Assembly: GCF_009914755.1 (NCBI RefSeq) | Contig: NC_060937.1 | DNA: 64,000 nt | From: the human T2T-CHM13v2.0 reference genome, Homo sapiens | Direction: 5' to 3' (one strand) | Shown here: one piece after another, positions 15,001 to 31,158 of the stretch | How positions within the stretch are numbered: the stretch's first letter is position 1 | Layout of the letters: each line of letters opens with the position of its first letter | Translations under genes and position numbers: made by a program | The notes under the pieces: model-generated | Seen by the model: the letters and a program-made list of their open reading frames with translations, nothing else | Database searches by the model: none | Told to the model about the DNA's origin: nothing

Positions 15001-18000
15001 TACATGATATACTGTACATAAAATATGAAATTACATCAAATATATATTATATTAGGTACATAAAATATGAAAGTACCTCAAATATAGATTATATACTGTA
15101 CATAAAATACCAAAGAACCCCAAATATATATTATATACTGTACATGAAATATCAAAATTCACAAACTATATATTATATACTGTACATAAAATATCAAATT
15201 ACCCAAACTATACATTATATGCTGTACATAAAATATGAAATTACATCAAATATATATTATATTAGGTACATAAAATATGAAAGTACATCAAATATAAATT
15301 ATATACTGTACATAAAATATCAAAGTACCTCAAATATATATTATATACTGTACATGAAATATCAAAGTTCACAAACTATATATTATATACTGTACATAAA
15401 ATATCAAAGTACCCAAGGTATATATTGTATACTGTACAAAAAATATCAAAGTACCCAAAACATGTATTATATACTGTTCATAAAATATGAAAGTACATCA
15501 AATATATATTTTATTCTGTACATAAAATATCAAAGTACACCAAATATATATTCTATAGTGTACATAAAATATAAAAGTACCCAAACTATACATTATATAC
15601 TGTACATAAAATATGAAATTACAGCAAATATATATTACATTAGGTACATAAAATATGAAAGTACATCAAATATAAATTATATACTGTACATAAAATACCA
15701 AAGTACCCCCAATATATATTATATAATGTACATGAAATATCAAAGTTCACAAACTATATATTATATACTGCACATAAAATATCAAAGTACCCAAGGTATA
15801 TATTCTATACTGTACAAAAAATATCAAATTACCCAAAACAGGTATTATATACTGTACATAAAATATGAAAGTACATCAAATATATATTTTATTCTGTACA
15901 TAAAATATCGAAGTACACCAAATATATATTCTATAGTGTACATAAAATATCAAAGTACCCAAACCATACATTATATACTGTACATAAAATATGAAATTAC
16001 ATCAAATATATATTATATTAGGTACATAAAATGTGAAAGTACATCAAATATAGATTATATAGTGTACATAAAATACCAAATTACCCCAAATATATATTAT
16101 ATACTGTACATGAAATATCAAAGTTCACAAACTATATATTATATACTGTACATAAAATATGAAAGTACCGAAGGTATATATTCTATACTCTACAAAAAAT
16201 ATCAAAGTACCCAAAGCATGTATTATATACGATACATAAAATATGGAATTACATCAAATATATATTTAATTCTGTACATAAAATATCAAAGTACACCAAA
16301 TATATATTCTATAGTGTACATAAAATATCAAAGTACCCAAACTATACATTATATACTGTACATAAAATATGAAATTACGTCAAATATATATTATATTATG
16401 TACATAAAATATGAAAGTACATCAAATATAGATTATATACTGTACATAAAATACCAAAGTACACCAAATATATATTTTATACTGTACATGAAATATCAAA
16501 GTTCACAAACTACATATTATATACTGTAGATAAAATATCAAAGTACCCAAGGTATATATTCTATACTGTACAAAAAATATCAAAGTACCCAAAGCATGTA
16601 TTATATACTGTACATAAAATATGAAAGTACATCAAATATAGATTTTATTCTGTACATAAAATATCAAAGTACACTAAATATATATTCTATAGTGTACATA
16701 AAATATCAAACTACCCAAACTATACATTATATACTGTACATAAAATATGAAATTACATCAAATTTATATTATATTAGGTACATAAAATATGAAAGTACAT
16801 CAAATATAAATTATATACTGTACATAAAATACCAAAGTACCCCAAATATATATTATATACTGTACATGCAATATCAAAGTTCACAAACTGTATATCATAT
16901 ACTGTACATAAAATATCAAAGTACCGAAGGTATATATTCTATACTGTACAAAAAATATCAAAGTACCCAAAGCATGTATTATATACTGTACATAAAATAT
17001 GAAAGTACATCAAATATATATTTTATTCTGTACATAAAATATCAAAGTACACAAAATATATATTCTATACTGTACATAAAATATCAAAGTACCCAAACTA
17101 TACATTATATACTGTACATAAAACATGAAATTACATCAAATATATATTATATTATGTACATAAAATATGAAAGTACATCAAATATAGATTATATACTGTA
17201 CATAAAACACCAAAGTACACCAAATATATATTTTATACTGTACATGCAATATCAAAGTTCACAAACTATATATTATATACTGTACATAAAATATCAAAGT
17301 ACCCAAGGTATATATTCTATACTGTACAAAAAATATCAAAGTACCCAAAGCATGTATTATATACTGTACATAAAATATGAAAGTACATCAAATATATATT
17401 TTATTCTGTACATAAAATATCAAAGTACACTAAATATATATTCTATAGTGTACATAAAATATCAAAGTACCCAAACTATACATTATATACTGTACATAAA
17501 ATATGAAATTACATCAAATATATATTATATTAGGTACATAAAATATGAAAGTACATCAAATATAGATTATATACTGTACATAAAATACCAAAGTTCCCCA
17601 AATACATATTATATACTGTACATGAAATATCAAAGTTCACAAACTATATATTATATACTGTACATAAAATATCAAAGTACCCAAGTTATATATTCTATAC
17701 TGTACAAAAAATATCAAAGTACCCAAAGCAAGTATTATATACTGTACATAAAATATGAAAGTACATCAAATATATATTTTATTCTGTACATAAAATATCA
17801 AAGTACACCAAATATATATTCTATAGTGTACATAAAATATCAAAGTACCCAAACTATACATTATATACTTTACATAAAATATGAAATTACATCAAATATA
17901 TATTATATTAGGTACATAAAATATGAAAGTACATCAAATATAAATTATATACTGTACATAAAATACCAAAGTACCCCAAATATATATTATAAACTGTACA

Positions 18001-21000
18001 TGCAATATCAAAGTTCACAAACTATATATCATATACTGTACATAAAATATCAAAGTACCGAAGTTATATATTCTATACTGTACAAAAAATATCAAAGTAC
18101 CCAAAGCATGTATTATATACTGTACATAAAATATGAAATTACATCAAATATATATTATATTATGCACATAAAATATGAAAGTACATCAAATATATATTAT
18201 ATACTGTACATAAAATACCAAAGTACCCCAAATACATATTATATACCGTACATGAAATATCAAAGTTCACAAACTATATATTATATACTGTACATAAAAT
18301 ATCAAAGTACCGAAGGTATATATTCTATACTGTACAAAAAATATCAAAGTACCCAAAGCATGTATTATATACTGTACATAAAATATGAAAGTACATCAAA
18401 TATATATTTTATTCTGTACATAAAATATCAAAGTACACCAAATATATATTCTATAGTGTACATAAAATATCAAACTACCCAAACTATACATTATATACTG
18501 TACATAAAACATGAAATTACATCCAATATATATTATATTAGGTACATAAAATATGAAAGTACATCAAATATAAATTATATACTGTACATAAAATACCAAA
18601 GTACCCCAAATATATATTATATACTGTACATGAAATATCAAAGTTCACAAACTATATATTATATACTGTACATAAAAAATCAAAGTAACCAAGGTATATA
18701 TTCTATACTGTACAAAAAATATCAAAGTACCCAAAGCATGTATTATATACTGTACATAAAATATGAAAGTACATCAAATATATATTTTATTCTGTACATA
18801 AAATATCAAAGTACACTAAATATATATTCTATAGTGTACATAAAATATCAAAGTACCCAAACTATACATTATATACTGTACATAAAATATGAAATTACAT
18901 CAAATATATATTATATTAGGTACATAAAATATGAAAGTACATCAAATATAGATTATATACTGTACATAAAATACCAAAGTAACCCAAATACATATTATAT
19001 ACTGTACATGAAATATCAAAGTTCACAAACTATATATTAAATACTGTACATAAAATATAAAAGTACCCAAAGTATATATTCTATACTGTACAAAAAATAT
19101 CAAAGTACCCAAAGCAAGTATTATATACTGTACATAAAATATGAAAGTACATCAAGTATATATTTTATTCTGTACATAAAATATCAAAGTACACCAAATA
19201 TATATTCTATAGTGTACATAAAATATCAAAGTAGCCAAACTATACATTTTAAACTGTACATAAAATATAAAATTACATCAAATACACACTATATTATGTA
19301 CATAAAATATGAAAGTACATCAAATATAGATTATATACTGTACATAAAATACCAAAGTACACCAAATATATATTATATACTGTACATGAAATATCAAAGT
19401 TCACAAACTATATATTATATACTGTACATAAAATATCAAACTACCCAAGGTATATATTCTATACTGTACAAAAAATATCAAAGTACCCAAAGCATGTATT
19501 ATATAGTGTATATAAAATATGAAAGTACTTCAAATATATATTTAATTCTGTACATAAAATATCAAAGTAAACCAAATATATATTCTATAGTGTACATAAA
19601 ATATCAAAGTACCCAAACTATACATTATATACTGTACAGAAAATATGAAATTACATCAAATATATATTATATTATGTACATAAAATATGAAAGTACATCA
19701 AATATAGATTATATACTGTACATAAAATACCAAAGAACCCCAAATATATATTATATACTCTACATGAAATATCAAAGTTCACAAACTATATATTATATAC
19801 TGTACATAAAATATCAAAGTACCCAAGGTATATATTCTATACTGTAGAAAAAATATCAAAGTACCCAAAGCATGTATTATATACTGTACATAAAATATGA
19901 AAGTACATCAAATATATATTTTATTCTGTACATAAAATATCAAAGTACACCAAATATATATTCTATAGTGTACATTAAATATCAAACTACCCAAACTATA
20001 CATTATATACTGTACATAAAATATGAAATTACATCAAATATATATTATATTAGGTACATAAAATATGAAAGTACATCAAAGATATATTATATACTGTACA
20101 TAAAATACCAAAGTACCCCAAATACATATTATATACTGTACATGAAATATCAAAGTTCACAAACTATATATTATATATTGTACATAAAATATCAAAGTAC
20201 CCAAGGTATATATTCTATACTGTTACAAAAAATATCAAAGTACCCAAAGCATGTATTATATACTGTACATAAAATATGAAAGTACATGAAATATATATTT
20301 TATTCGGTACATAAAATATGAAAGTACACCAAATATATATTCTACAGTGTACATAAAATATCAAAGTACCCAAACTATACATTATATACTGTACATAAAA
20401 TATGAAATTACATCAAATATATATTATATTAGGTACATAAAATATGAAAGTACATCAAATATAGATTATATACAGTACATAAATTACCAAAGTACCCCAA
20501 ATATATATTATATACTTTACATGCAATATCAAAGTTCACAAACTATATATCTTATACTGTACATAAAATATCAAAGGACCAAAGGTATATATTCTATACT
20601 GTACAAAAAATATCAAAGTACGCAAAGCATGTATTATATACTGTACATAAAATATGAAAGTACATCAAATATATATTTTATTCTGTACATAAAATATCAA
20701 AGTACACCAAATATATATTCTACAGTGTACATAAAATATCAAAGTACCCAAACTATACATTATATACTGTACATAAAATATGAAATTACATCAAATATAT
20801 ATTATGTTAGGAACATAAAATATGAAAGTACATGAAATATATATTATATACTGTACATAAAATACCAAAGTACCCCAAATACATATTATATACTGTACAT
20901 GAAATATCAAAGTTCACAAACTATATATTATATACTGTACATAAAAAATCAAAGTACCAAACGTATATATTCTATACTGTACAACAAATATCAAAGTACC

Positions 21001-24000
21001 CAAAGCATGTATTATATACTGTACATAAAATATGAAAGTACATCAAATATATATTTTATTCTGTACATAAAATATCAAAGTACACCAAATATATATTCTA
21101 CAGTGTACATAAAATATCAAAGTACCCAAACTATACATTATATACTGTACATAAAATATGAAATTACATCAAATATATATTATATTAGGAACATAAAATA
21201 TGAAAGTACATGAAATATATATTATATACTGTACATAAAATACCAAAGTACCCCAAATACATATTATATACTGTACATGAAATATCAAAGTTCACAAACT
21301 ATATATTATATACTGTACATAAAAAATCAAAGTACCAAAGGTATATATTCTATACTGTACAACAAATATCAAAGTACCCAAAGCATGTATTATATACTGT
21401 ACATAAAATATGAAAGTACATCAAATATATATTTTATTCTGTACATAAAATATCAAAGTACACCAAATATATATTCTATAGTGTACATAAAATAGCAAAG
21501 TACCCAAACTATACATTATATACTGTACATAAAACATGAAATTACATCAAATATATATTATATTAGGTACATAAAATATGAAAGTACATCAAATATAAAT
21601 TATATACTGTACATAAAATACCAAAGAACCCCAAATATATATTATATACTGTACATGAAATATCAAAGTTCACAAACTATATATTATATACTGTACATAA
21701 AATATCAAAGTACCCAAGGTACATATTCTATACTGTACAAAAAATATCAAAGTACCCAAAGCAAGTATTATATACGGTACATAAAATATGAAAGTACATC
21801 AAATATATATTTTATTCTGTACATAAAATATCAAAGTACACCAAATATATATTCTATAGTGTACATAAAATATCAAAGTACCCAAACTATACATTATATA
21901 CTGTACATAAAATATGAAATTACATCAAATATATATTATATTAGGTACATAAAATATTAAAGTACATCAAATATAAATTATATACTGTACATAAAATACC
22001 AAAGAACCCCCAATATATATTATATACTGTACATGCAATATCAAAGTTCACAAACTATATATCATATACTGTACATAAAATATCAAAGTACCGAAAGTAT
22101 ATATTCTATACTGTACAAAAAATATCAAAGTACCCAAAGCATGTATTATATCCTGTACATAAAATATGAAAGTACATCAAATATATATTTTATTCTGTAC
22201 ATAAAATATCAAAGTACACCAAATATATATTCTATAGTGTACATAAAATATCAAAGTACCCAAACAATACATTATATACTGTACATAAATTATGAAATTA
22301 CATCAAATATATATTATATTAGGTACATAAAATATGAAAGTACATCAAATATAAATTATATACTGTACATAAAATACCAAAGTACCCCAAATATATATTA
22401 TATACTGTACATGCAATATCAAAGTTCACAAACTATATATCATATACTGTACATAAAATATCAAAGTACTGAAGGTATATATTCTATACTCTACAAAAAA
22501 TATCAAAGTACCCAAAGCATGTATTATATACGGTACATAAAATATGAAAGTACATCAAATATACATTTAATTCTGTACATAAAATATCAAAGTACACCAA
22601 ATATATATTCTATAGTGTACATAAAATATCAAAGTAGCCAAACTATACATTATATACTGTACATAAAATATGAAATTACATCAAATATATATTATATTAT
22701 GTACATAAAATATGAAAGTACATCAAATATAGATTATATACTGTACATAAAATACCAAAGTACACCAAATATATATTTTATACTGTACATGCAATATGAA
22801 AGTTCACAAACTATATATTATATACTGTACATAAAATATCAAAGTACCCAAGGTATATATTCTATACTGTGCAAAAAATATCAAAGTACCCAAAGCATGT
22901 ATTATATACTGTACATAAAATATGAAAGTACATCAAATAAATAGTTTATTCTGTACATAAAATATCAAAGTACACCAAATATATATTCTATAGTGTACAT
23001 AAAATATCAAAGTACCCAAACTATACATTATAAACTGTAGATAAAATATGAAATTACATCAAATATATACTATATTATGTACATAAAATATGAAAGTACA
23101 TCAAATATAGATTATATACTGTACATAAAATACCAAAGTACCCCAAATAAATATTTTATACTGTACATGCAATATCAAAGTTCACAAACTATATATTATA
23201 TACTGTACATAAAATATCAAAGTACCGAAGGTATATATTCTATACTGTACAAAAAATATCAAAGTACGCAAAGCATGTATTATATACTGTACATAAAATA
23301 TGAAAGTACATCAAATACATATTTTATTCTGTACATAAAATATCAAAGTACACCAAATATATATTCTATATTGTACATAAAATATCAAAGTACCCAAACT
23401 ATACATTATATACTGTACATAAAATATGAAATTATATCAAATATATATTTAGATATGTACATAAAATATGAAAGTACATCAAATATAAATTATATACTGT
23501 ACATAAAATACCAAAGAACCCCAAATATATATTATATACTATACATGAAATATCAAAGTTCACAAGCTATATATTATATACTGTATATAAAATATCAAAG
23601 TACCCAAGGTATATATTCTGTACTGTATAAAAAATATCAAAGTACCCAAAGCATGTATTATATACTGTTCATAAAATATGAAAGTACATCAAATATATAT
23701 TTTATTCTGTACATAAAATATCAAAGTACACCAAATATATATTCTATAGTGTACATAAAATATCAAAGTACCTAAACTATACATTATATACTGTACATAA
23801 AATATGAAATTACATCAAATATATATTATATTAGGTACATAAAATATGAAAGTACATCAAATATAGATTATATACAGTACATAAAATACCAAAGTACCCC
23901 AAATATATATTATATACTGTACATGCAATATCAAAGTTCACAAACTATATATCATATACTGTACATAAAATATCAAAGTACCGAAGGTATATATTCTATA

Positions 24001-27000
24001 CTTTACAAAAAATATCAAAGTACGCAAAGCATGTATTATATACTGTACATAAAATATGAAAGTACATCAAATATATATTTTATTCTGTACATAAAATATC
24101 AAAGTACACCAAATATATATTCTATAGTGTACATAAAATATCAAAGTACCCAAACCATACATTATATACTGTACATAAAATATGAAATTACATCAAATAT
24201 ATATTATAATAGGTACATAAAATATGAAAGTACATCAAATATAAATTATATACTGTACATAAAATACCAAAGAACCCCATATATATATTATATACTGTAC
24301 ATGAAATATCAAAGTTCACAAACTATATATTATATACTGTATATAAAATATAAAAGTACCCAAGGTATATATTCTATACTGTACAAAAAATATCAAAGTA
24401 CCCAAAGCATGTATTATATACTGTTCATAAAATATGAAAGTACATCAAATATATATTTTATTCTGTACATAAAATATCAAAGTACACCAAATATATATTC
24501 TATAGTGTACATTAAATATCAAAGTACCCAAACTATACATTATATACTGTACATAAAATATGAAATTACATCAAATATATATTTTATTAGGTACATAAAA
24601 TATGAAAGTACATCAAATATAGATTATATACTGTACATAAAATACCAAAGTACCCCAAATACATATTATATACTGTACATGAAATATCAAACTTCACAAA
24701 CTATATATTATATACTGTACATAAAATATCAAAGTACCGAAAATATATATTCTATACTGTACAAAAAATATCAAAGTACCCAAAGCATGTATTATATACT
24801 GTACATAAAATATGAAAGTACATCAAATATATATTTTATTCTATACATAAAATATCAAAGTACACCAAATATATATTCTATAGTGTACATAAAATATCAA
24901 AGTACCCAAACTATTCATTACATACTGTACATAAAATATGAAATTACATCAAATATATATTATATTAGGTACATAAAATATGAAAATACATCAAATATAG
25001 ATTATATACTGTACATAAAATACCAAAGTACCCCAAGTACATATTATATACTGTACATGAAATATCAAAGTTCACAAACTATATATTATATACTGTACAT
25101 AAAATATCAAAGTACCCAAGGTATATATTCTATACTGTACAAAAAATATCAAAGTACCCAAAGCAAGTATTATATACTGTACGTAAAATATGAAAGTACA
25201 TCAAATATATATTTTATTCTGTACATAAAGTATCAAAGTACACCAAATATATATTCTATAGTGTACATAAAATATCAAAGTACCCAAACTATACATTATA
25301 TACTGTACATAAAATATGAAATTACATCAAATATATATTATATTAGGTACTTAAAATATGAAAGTACATCAAATATAAATTATATACTGTACATAAAATA
25401 CCAAAATACCCCAAATATATTTTATATACTGTACATGCAATATCAAAGTTCACAAACTATATATCATATACTGTACATAAAATATCAAAGTACCGAAGGT
25501 ATATATTCTATAGTGTACAAAAAATATGAAAGTACGCAAAGCATGTATTATATACTGTACATAAAATATGAAAGTACATCAAATATATATTTTATTCTGT
25601 ACATAAAACATCAAAGTACACCAAATATATATTCTACAGTGTACATAAAATATCAAAGTACCCAAACTATACATTATAAACTGTAGATAAAATATGAAAT
25701 TACATCAAATATATACTATATTATGTACATAAAATATGAAAGTACATCAAATATAGATTATATACTGTACATAAAATACCAAAGTACCCCAAATATATAT
25801 TTTATACTGTACATGCAATATCAAAGTTCACAAACTATATATTATATACTGTACATAAAATATCAAAGTACCCAAGGTATATATTCTATACTGTATAAAA
25901 AATATCAAAGTACGCAAAGCATGTATTATATACTGTACATAAAATATGAAAGTACATCAAATATATATTTTATTCTGTACATAAAATATCAAAGTACACC
26001 AAATATATATTCTATAGTGTACATAAAATATCAAAGTACCCAAACTATACATTATATACTGTACATAAAATATGAAATTACATCAAATATATATTATATT
26101 AGGTACATAAAATATGAAAGTACATCAAATATAGATTATATACTGTACATAAAATACCAAAGAACCCCAAATATATATTATATACTGTACATGAAATATC
26201 AAAGTTCACAAACTATATATTATATACTGTATATAAAATATCAAAGTACCCAAGGTATATATTCTGTACTGTATAAAAAATATCAAAGTACCCAAAGCAT
26301 GTATTATATACTGTTCATAAAATATGAAAGTACATCAAATATGTATTTTATTCTGTACATAAAATATCAAAGTACACCAAATATATATTCTATAGGGTAC
26401 ATAAAATATCAAAGTACCCAAACTATACATTATATACTGTACATAAAATATGAAATTACATCAAATATATATTATATTAGGTACATAAAATATGAAAGTA
26501 CATCAAATATAGATTATATACTGTACATAAAATACCAAAGAACCCCAAATATATATTATATACTGTACATGAAATATCAAAGTTCACAAACTATATATTA
26601 TATACTGTACATAAAATATCAAAGTACCCAAGGTATATTTTCTATACTGTACAAAAAATATCAAAGTACCCAAAGCATGTATTATATACTGTTAATAAAA
26701 TATGAAAGTACATCAAATATATATTTTATTCTGTACATAAAATATCAAAGTACACCAAATATATATTCTATAGTGTACATAAAATATCAAATTACCCAAA
26801 CTATACATTATATACTGTACATAAAATATGAAATTACATCAAATATATATTATATTAGGTACATAAAATATGAAAGTACATCAAATATAAATTATATACT
26901 GTACATAAAATATCAAAGTACCTCAAATATATAGTATATACTGTACATGAAATATCAAAGTTCACAAGCTATATATTATATACTGCACATAAAATAGCAA

Positions 27001-30000
27001 AGTACCCAAGGTATATATTCTATACTGTACAAAAAATATAAAAGTACCCAAAACATGTATTATATACTGTACATAAAATATGAAAGTACATCAAATATAT
27101 ATTTTATTCTGTACATAAAATATCAAAGTACACCAAATATATATTCTATAGTGTACATAAAATATCAAAGTACCCAAAGTATACATTATATACTGTACAT
27201 AAAATATGAAATTACATCAAATATATATTACATTAGGTACATAAAATATGAAAGTACATCAAATATAGATTATATACTGTACATAAAATATCAAAGTACC
27301 CCAAATATATATTATATACTGTACATGAAATATCAAAGTTCACAAACTATATATTATATACTGTAAATAAAATATCAAAGTACCCTAGGTATATATTCTA
27401 TACTGTACAAAATATATCAAAGTACCCAAAGCATGTATTATATACTGTACATAAAATATGAAAGTACATCAAATAAATAGTTTATTCTGTACATAAAATA
27501 TCAAAGTACACCAAATATATATTCTATAGTGTACATAAAATATCAAAGTACCCAAACTATACATTATAAACTGTAGATAAAATATGAAATTACATCAAAT
27601 ATATACTATATTATGTACATAAAATATGAAAGTACATCAAATATAGATTATATACTCTACATAAAATACCAAAGTACCCCAAATAAATATTTTATACTGT
27701 ACATGCAATATCAAAGTTCACAAACTATATATTATATACTGTACATAAAATATCAAAGTACCGAAAATATATATTCTATACTGTACAAAAAATATCAAAG
27801 TACCCAAAGCATGTATTATATACTGTACATAAAATATGAAAGTACATCAAATATATATTTTATTCTGTACATAAAATATCAAAGTACACCAAATATATAT
27901 TCTATAGTGTACATAAAATATCAAAGTACCCAAACTATACATTACATACTGTACATAAAATATGAAATTACATCAAATATATATTATATTAGGTACATAA
28001 AATATGAAAGTACATCAAATATAAATTATATACAGTACATAAAATACCAAAGAACCCCAAATATATATTATATACTGTACATGAAATATCAAAGTTCACA
28101 AACTATATATTATATACTGTACATAAAATATCAAAGTACCCAAGGTATATATTCTATACTCTACAAAAAATATCAAAGTACCCAAAGCATGTATTATATA
28201 CTTTACATAAAATATGAAAGTACATCAAATATACATTTAATTCTGTACATAAAATATCAAAGTACACCAAATATATATTCTTTAGAGTACATAAAATATC
28301 AAAGTACCCAAACTATACATTATATACTGTACATAAAATATGAAATTACATCAAATATATATTACATTAGGTACATAAAATATGAAAGTACATCAAATGT
28401 AGATTATATACGGTACATAAAAGACCAAAGTACACCAAGTATATATTATATACTGTACATGCAATATCAAAGTTCACAAACTATATATTATATACTGTAC
28501 ATAAAATATCAAAGTACCCAATGTATATATTCTATACTGTACAAAAAATATCAAAGTACCCAAAGCATGTATTATATACTGTACATAAAATATGAAAGTA
28601 CATCAAATATATATTTTATTCTGTACATAAAATATCAAAGTACACTAAATATATATTCTATAGTGTACATAAAATATCAAAGTACCCAAACTATACATTA
28701 TATACTGTACATAAAATATGAAATTACATCAAATATATATTATATTAGGTACATAAAATATGAAAGTACATCAAATATAGATTATATACTGTACATAAAA
28801 TACCAAAGTACCCCAAATACATATTATATACTGTACATGAAATATCAAAGTTCACAAACGATATATTATATACTGTACATAAAATATCAAAGTACCCAAG
28901 GTATATATTCTATACTGTACAAAAAATATCAAAGTACCCAAAGCATGTATTATATACTCTTCATAAAATATGAAAGTACATCAAATATATATTTTATTCT
29001 GTACATAAAATATCAAAGTACACCAAATATATATTCTACAGTGTACATCAAATATCAAACTACCCAAACTATACACTATATACTGTACATAAAATGTGAA
29101 ATTACATCAAATATATATTATATTAGGTACATAAAATATGAAATTACATCAAATATATATTATATACTCTACATAAAATACCAAAGTACCCCAAATACAT
29201 ATTATATACTGTACATGCAATATCCAAGTGCACAAACTATATATTATATACTGTACATAAAATATCAAAGTAACGAAGCTATATATTCTATACTGTACAA
29301 AAAATATCAAAGTACCCAAAGCATGTATTATATACTGTACATAAAATATTAAAGTACATCAAATATATATTTTATTCTGTACATAAAATATCAAAGTACA
29401 CAAAATATATATTCTATACTGTACATAAAATATCAAAGTACCCAAACTATACATTATATACTGTACATAAAATATGAAATTACATCAAATATATATTATA
29501 TTAGGTACATAAAATATGAAAGTACATCAAATATAGATTATATACTGTACATAAAATACCAAAGTACCCCAAATACATATTATATACTGTACAAGAAATA
29601 TCAAAGTTCATAAACTATATATTATATACTGTACATAAAATATCAAAGTACCCAAGGTATATATTCTATACTGTACAAAAATATCAAAGTACCCAAAGCA
29701 TGTATTATATACTGTACATACAATATGAAAGTACATCAAATATAGATTATATACTGTACATAAAATACCAAAGAACCGCAAATATATATTATATAGTGTA
29801 CATGAAATATCAAAGTTCACAAACTATATATTATATACTGTACATAAAATATCAAAGTACCCAAGGTATATATTCTATACTGTACAAAAAGTATCAAAGT
29901 ACCCAAAGCATGTATTATATACTGTACATAAAATAATAACGTACATCAAATATATATTTTATTCTGTACATAAAATATCAAAGTACACTAAATATATATT

Positions 30001-31158
30001 CTATAGTGTACATAAAATATCAAAGTACCCAAACTATACATTATATACTGTACATAAAATATGAAATTACATCAAATATATATTATATTATGTACATAAA
30101 ATATGAAAGTACATCAAATATAAATTATATACTGTACATAAAATACCAAAGTAACCCAAATATATATTATATACTGTACATGCAATATCAAAGTTCACAA
30201 ACTATATATCATATACTGTACATAAAATATCAAAGTACCGAAGGTATATATTCTATACTGTACAAAAAATATGAAATTACGCAAAGCATGTATTATATAC
30301 TGTACATAAAATATGAAAGTACATCAAATATATATTTTATTCTGTACATAAAATATCAAAGTACACCAAATATATATTCTATAGTGTACATAAAATATCA
30401 AAGTACCCAAACTATACATTATATACTGTACATAAAATATGAAACTACATCAAATATATATTATAATAGGTACATAAAATATGAAAGTACATCAAATATA
30501 AATTATATACTGCACATAAAATACCAAAGAACACCAAATATATATTATATACTGTACATGAAATATCAAAGTTCACAAACTATATATTATATACTGTATA
30601 TAAAATATCAAAGTACCCAAGGTATATATTCTGTACTGTATAAAAAATATCAAAGTACCCAAAGCATGTATTATATACTGTTCATAAAATATGAAAGTTC
30701 ATCAAATATATATTTTATTCTGTACATAAAATATCAAAGTACACCAAATATATATTCTATAGTGTACATAAAATATCAAAGTACCCAAACCATACATTAT
30801 ATACTGTACATAAAATATGAAATTACATCAAATATATATTATATTAGGTACATAAAATATGAAAGTACATCAAATATTGATTATATAGTGTACATAAAAT
30901 ACCAAAGTATCCCAAATATATATTATATACAGTACATGAAATATCAAAGTTCACAAACTATATATTATATACTCTACATAAAATATCAAGGTACACAAGG
31001 AATATATTCTATACTCTACAAAAAATATCAAATTACCCAAAGCATGTATTATATACGGTACATAAAATATGAAAGTACATCAAATATATAATTAATTCTG
31101 TACATAAAATATCAAAGTACACCAAATATATATTCTATAGTGTACATAAAATATCAAA
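1..31158 (+). repeat. 16,170-bp tandem segmental duplication (1-14988 matches 16171-31158)
   Basis: Every ORF from 426 to 13836 recurs at exactly +16170 (426/16596, 3042/19212, 7753/23923, 13836/30006). Private variants are shared (atggaatt, tgttac insertion 4051/20221, A deletion 13501/29671). Identity ends at 14989 G vs 31159 T. Confidence 0.95.
4480..5290 (+). repeat. Local tandem duplication of one 378-bp unit (second instance at 20650-21460)
   Basis: Two adjacent units share rare variants at +378: tacagtg (4551/4929), aggaacat (4639/5017), catgaaat (4661/5039), ataaaaaatc (4771/5149), acaacaaata (4811/5189). Confidence 0.88.
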
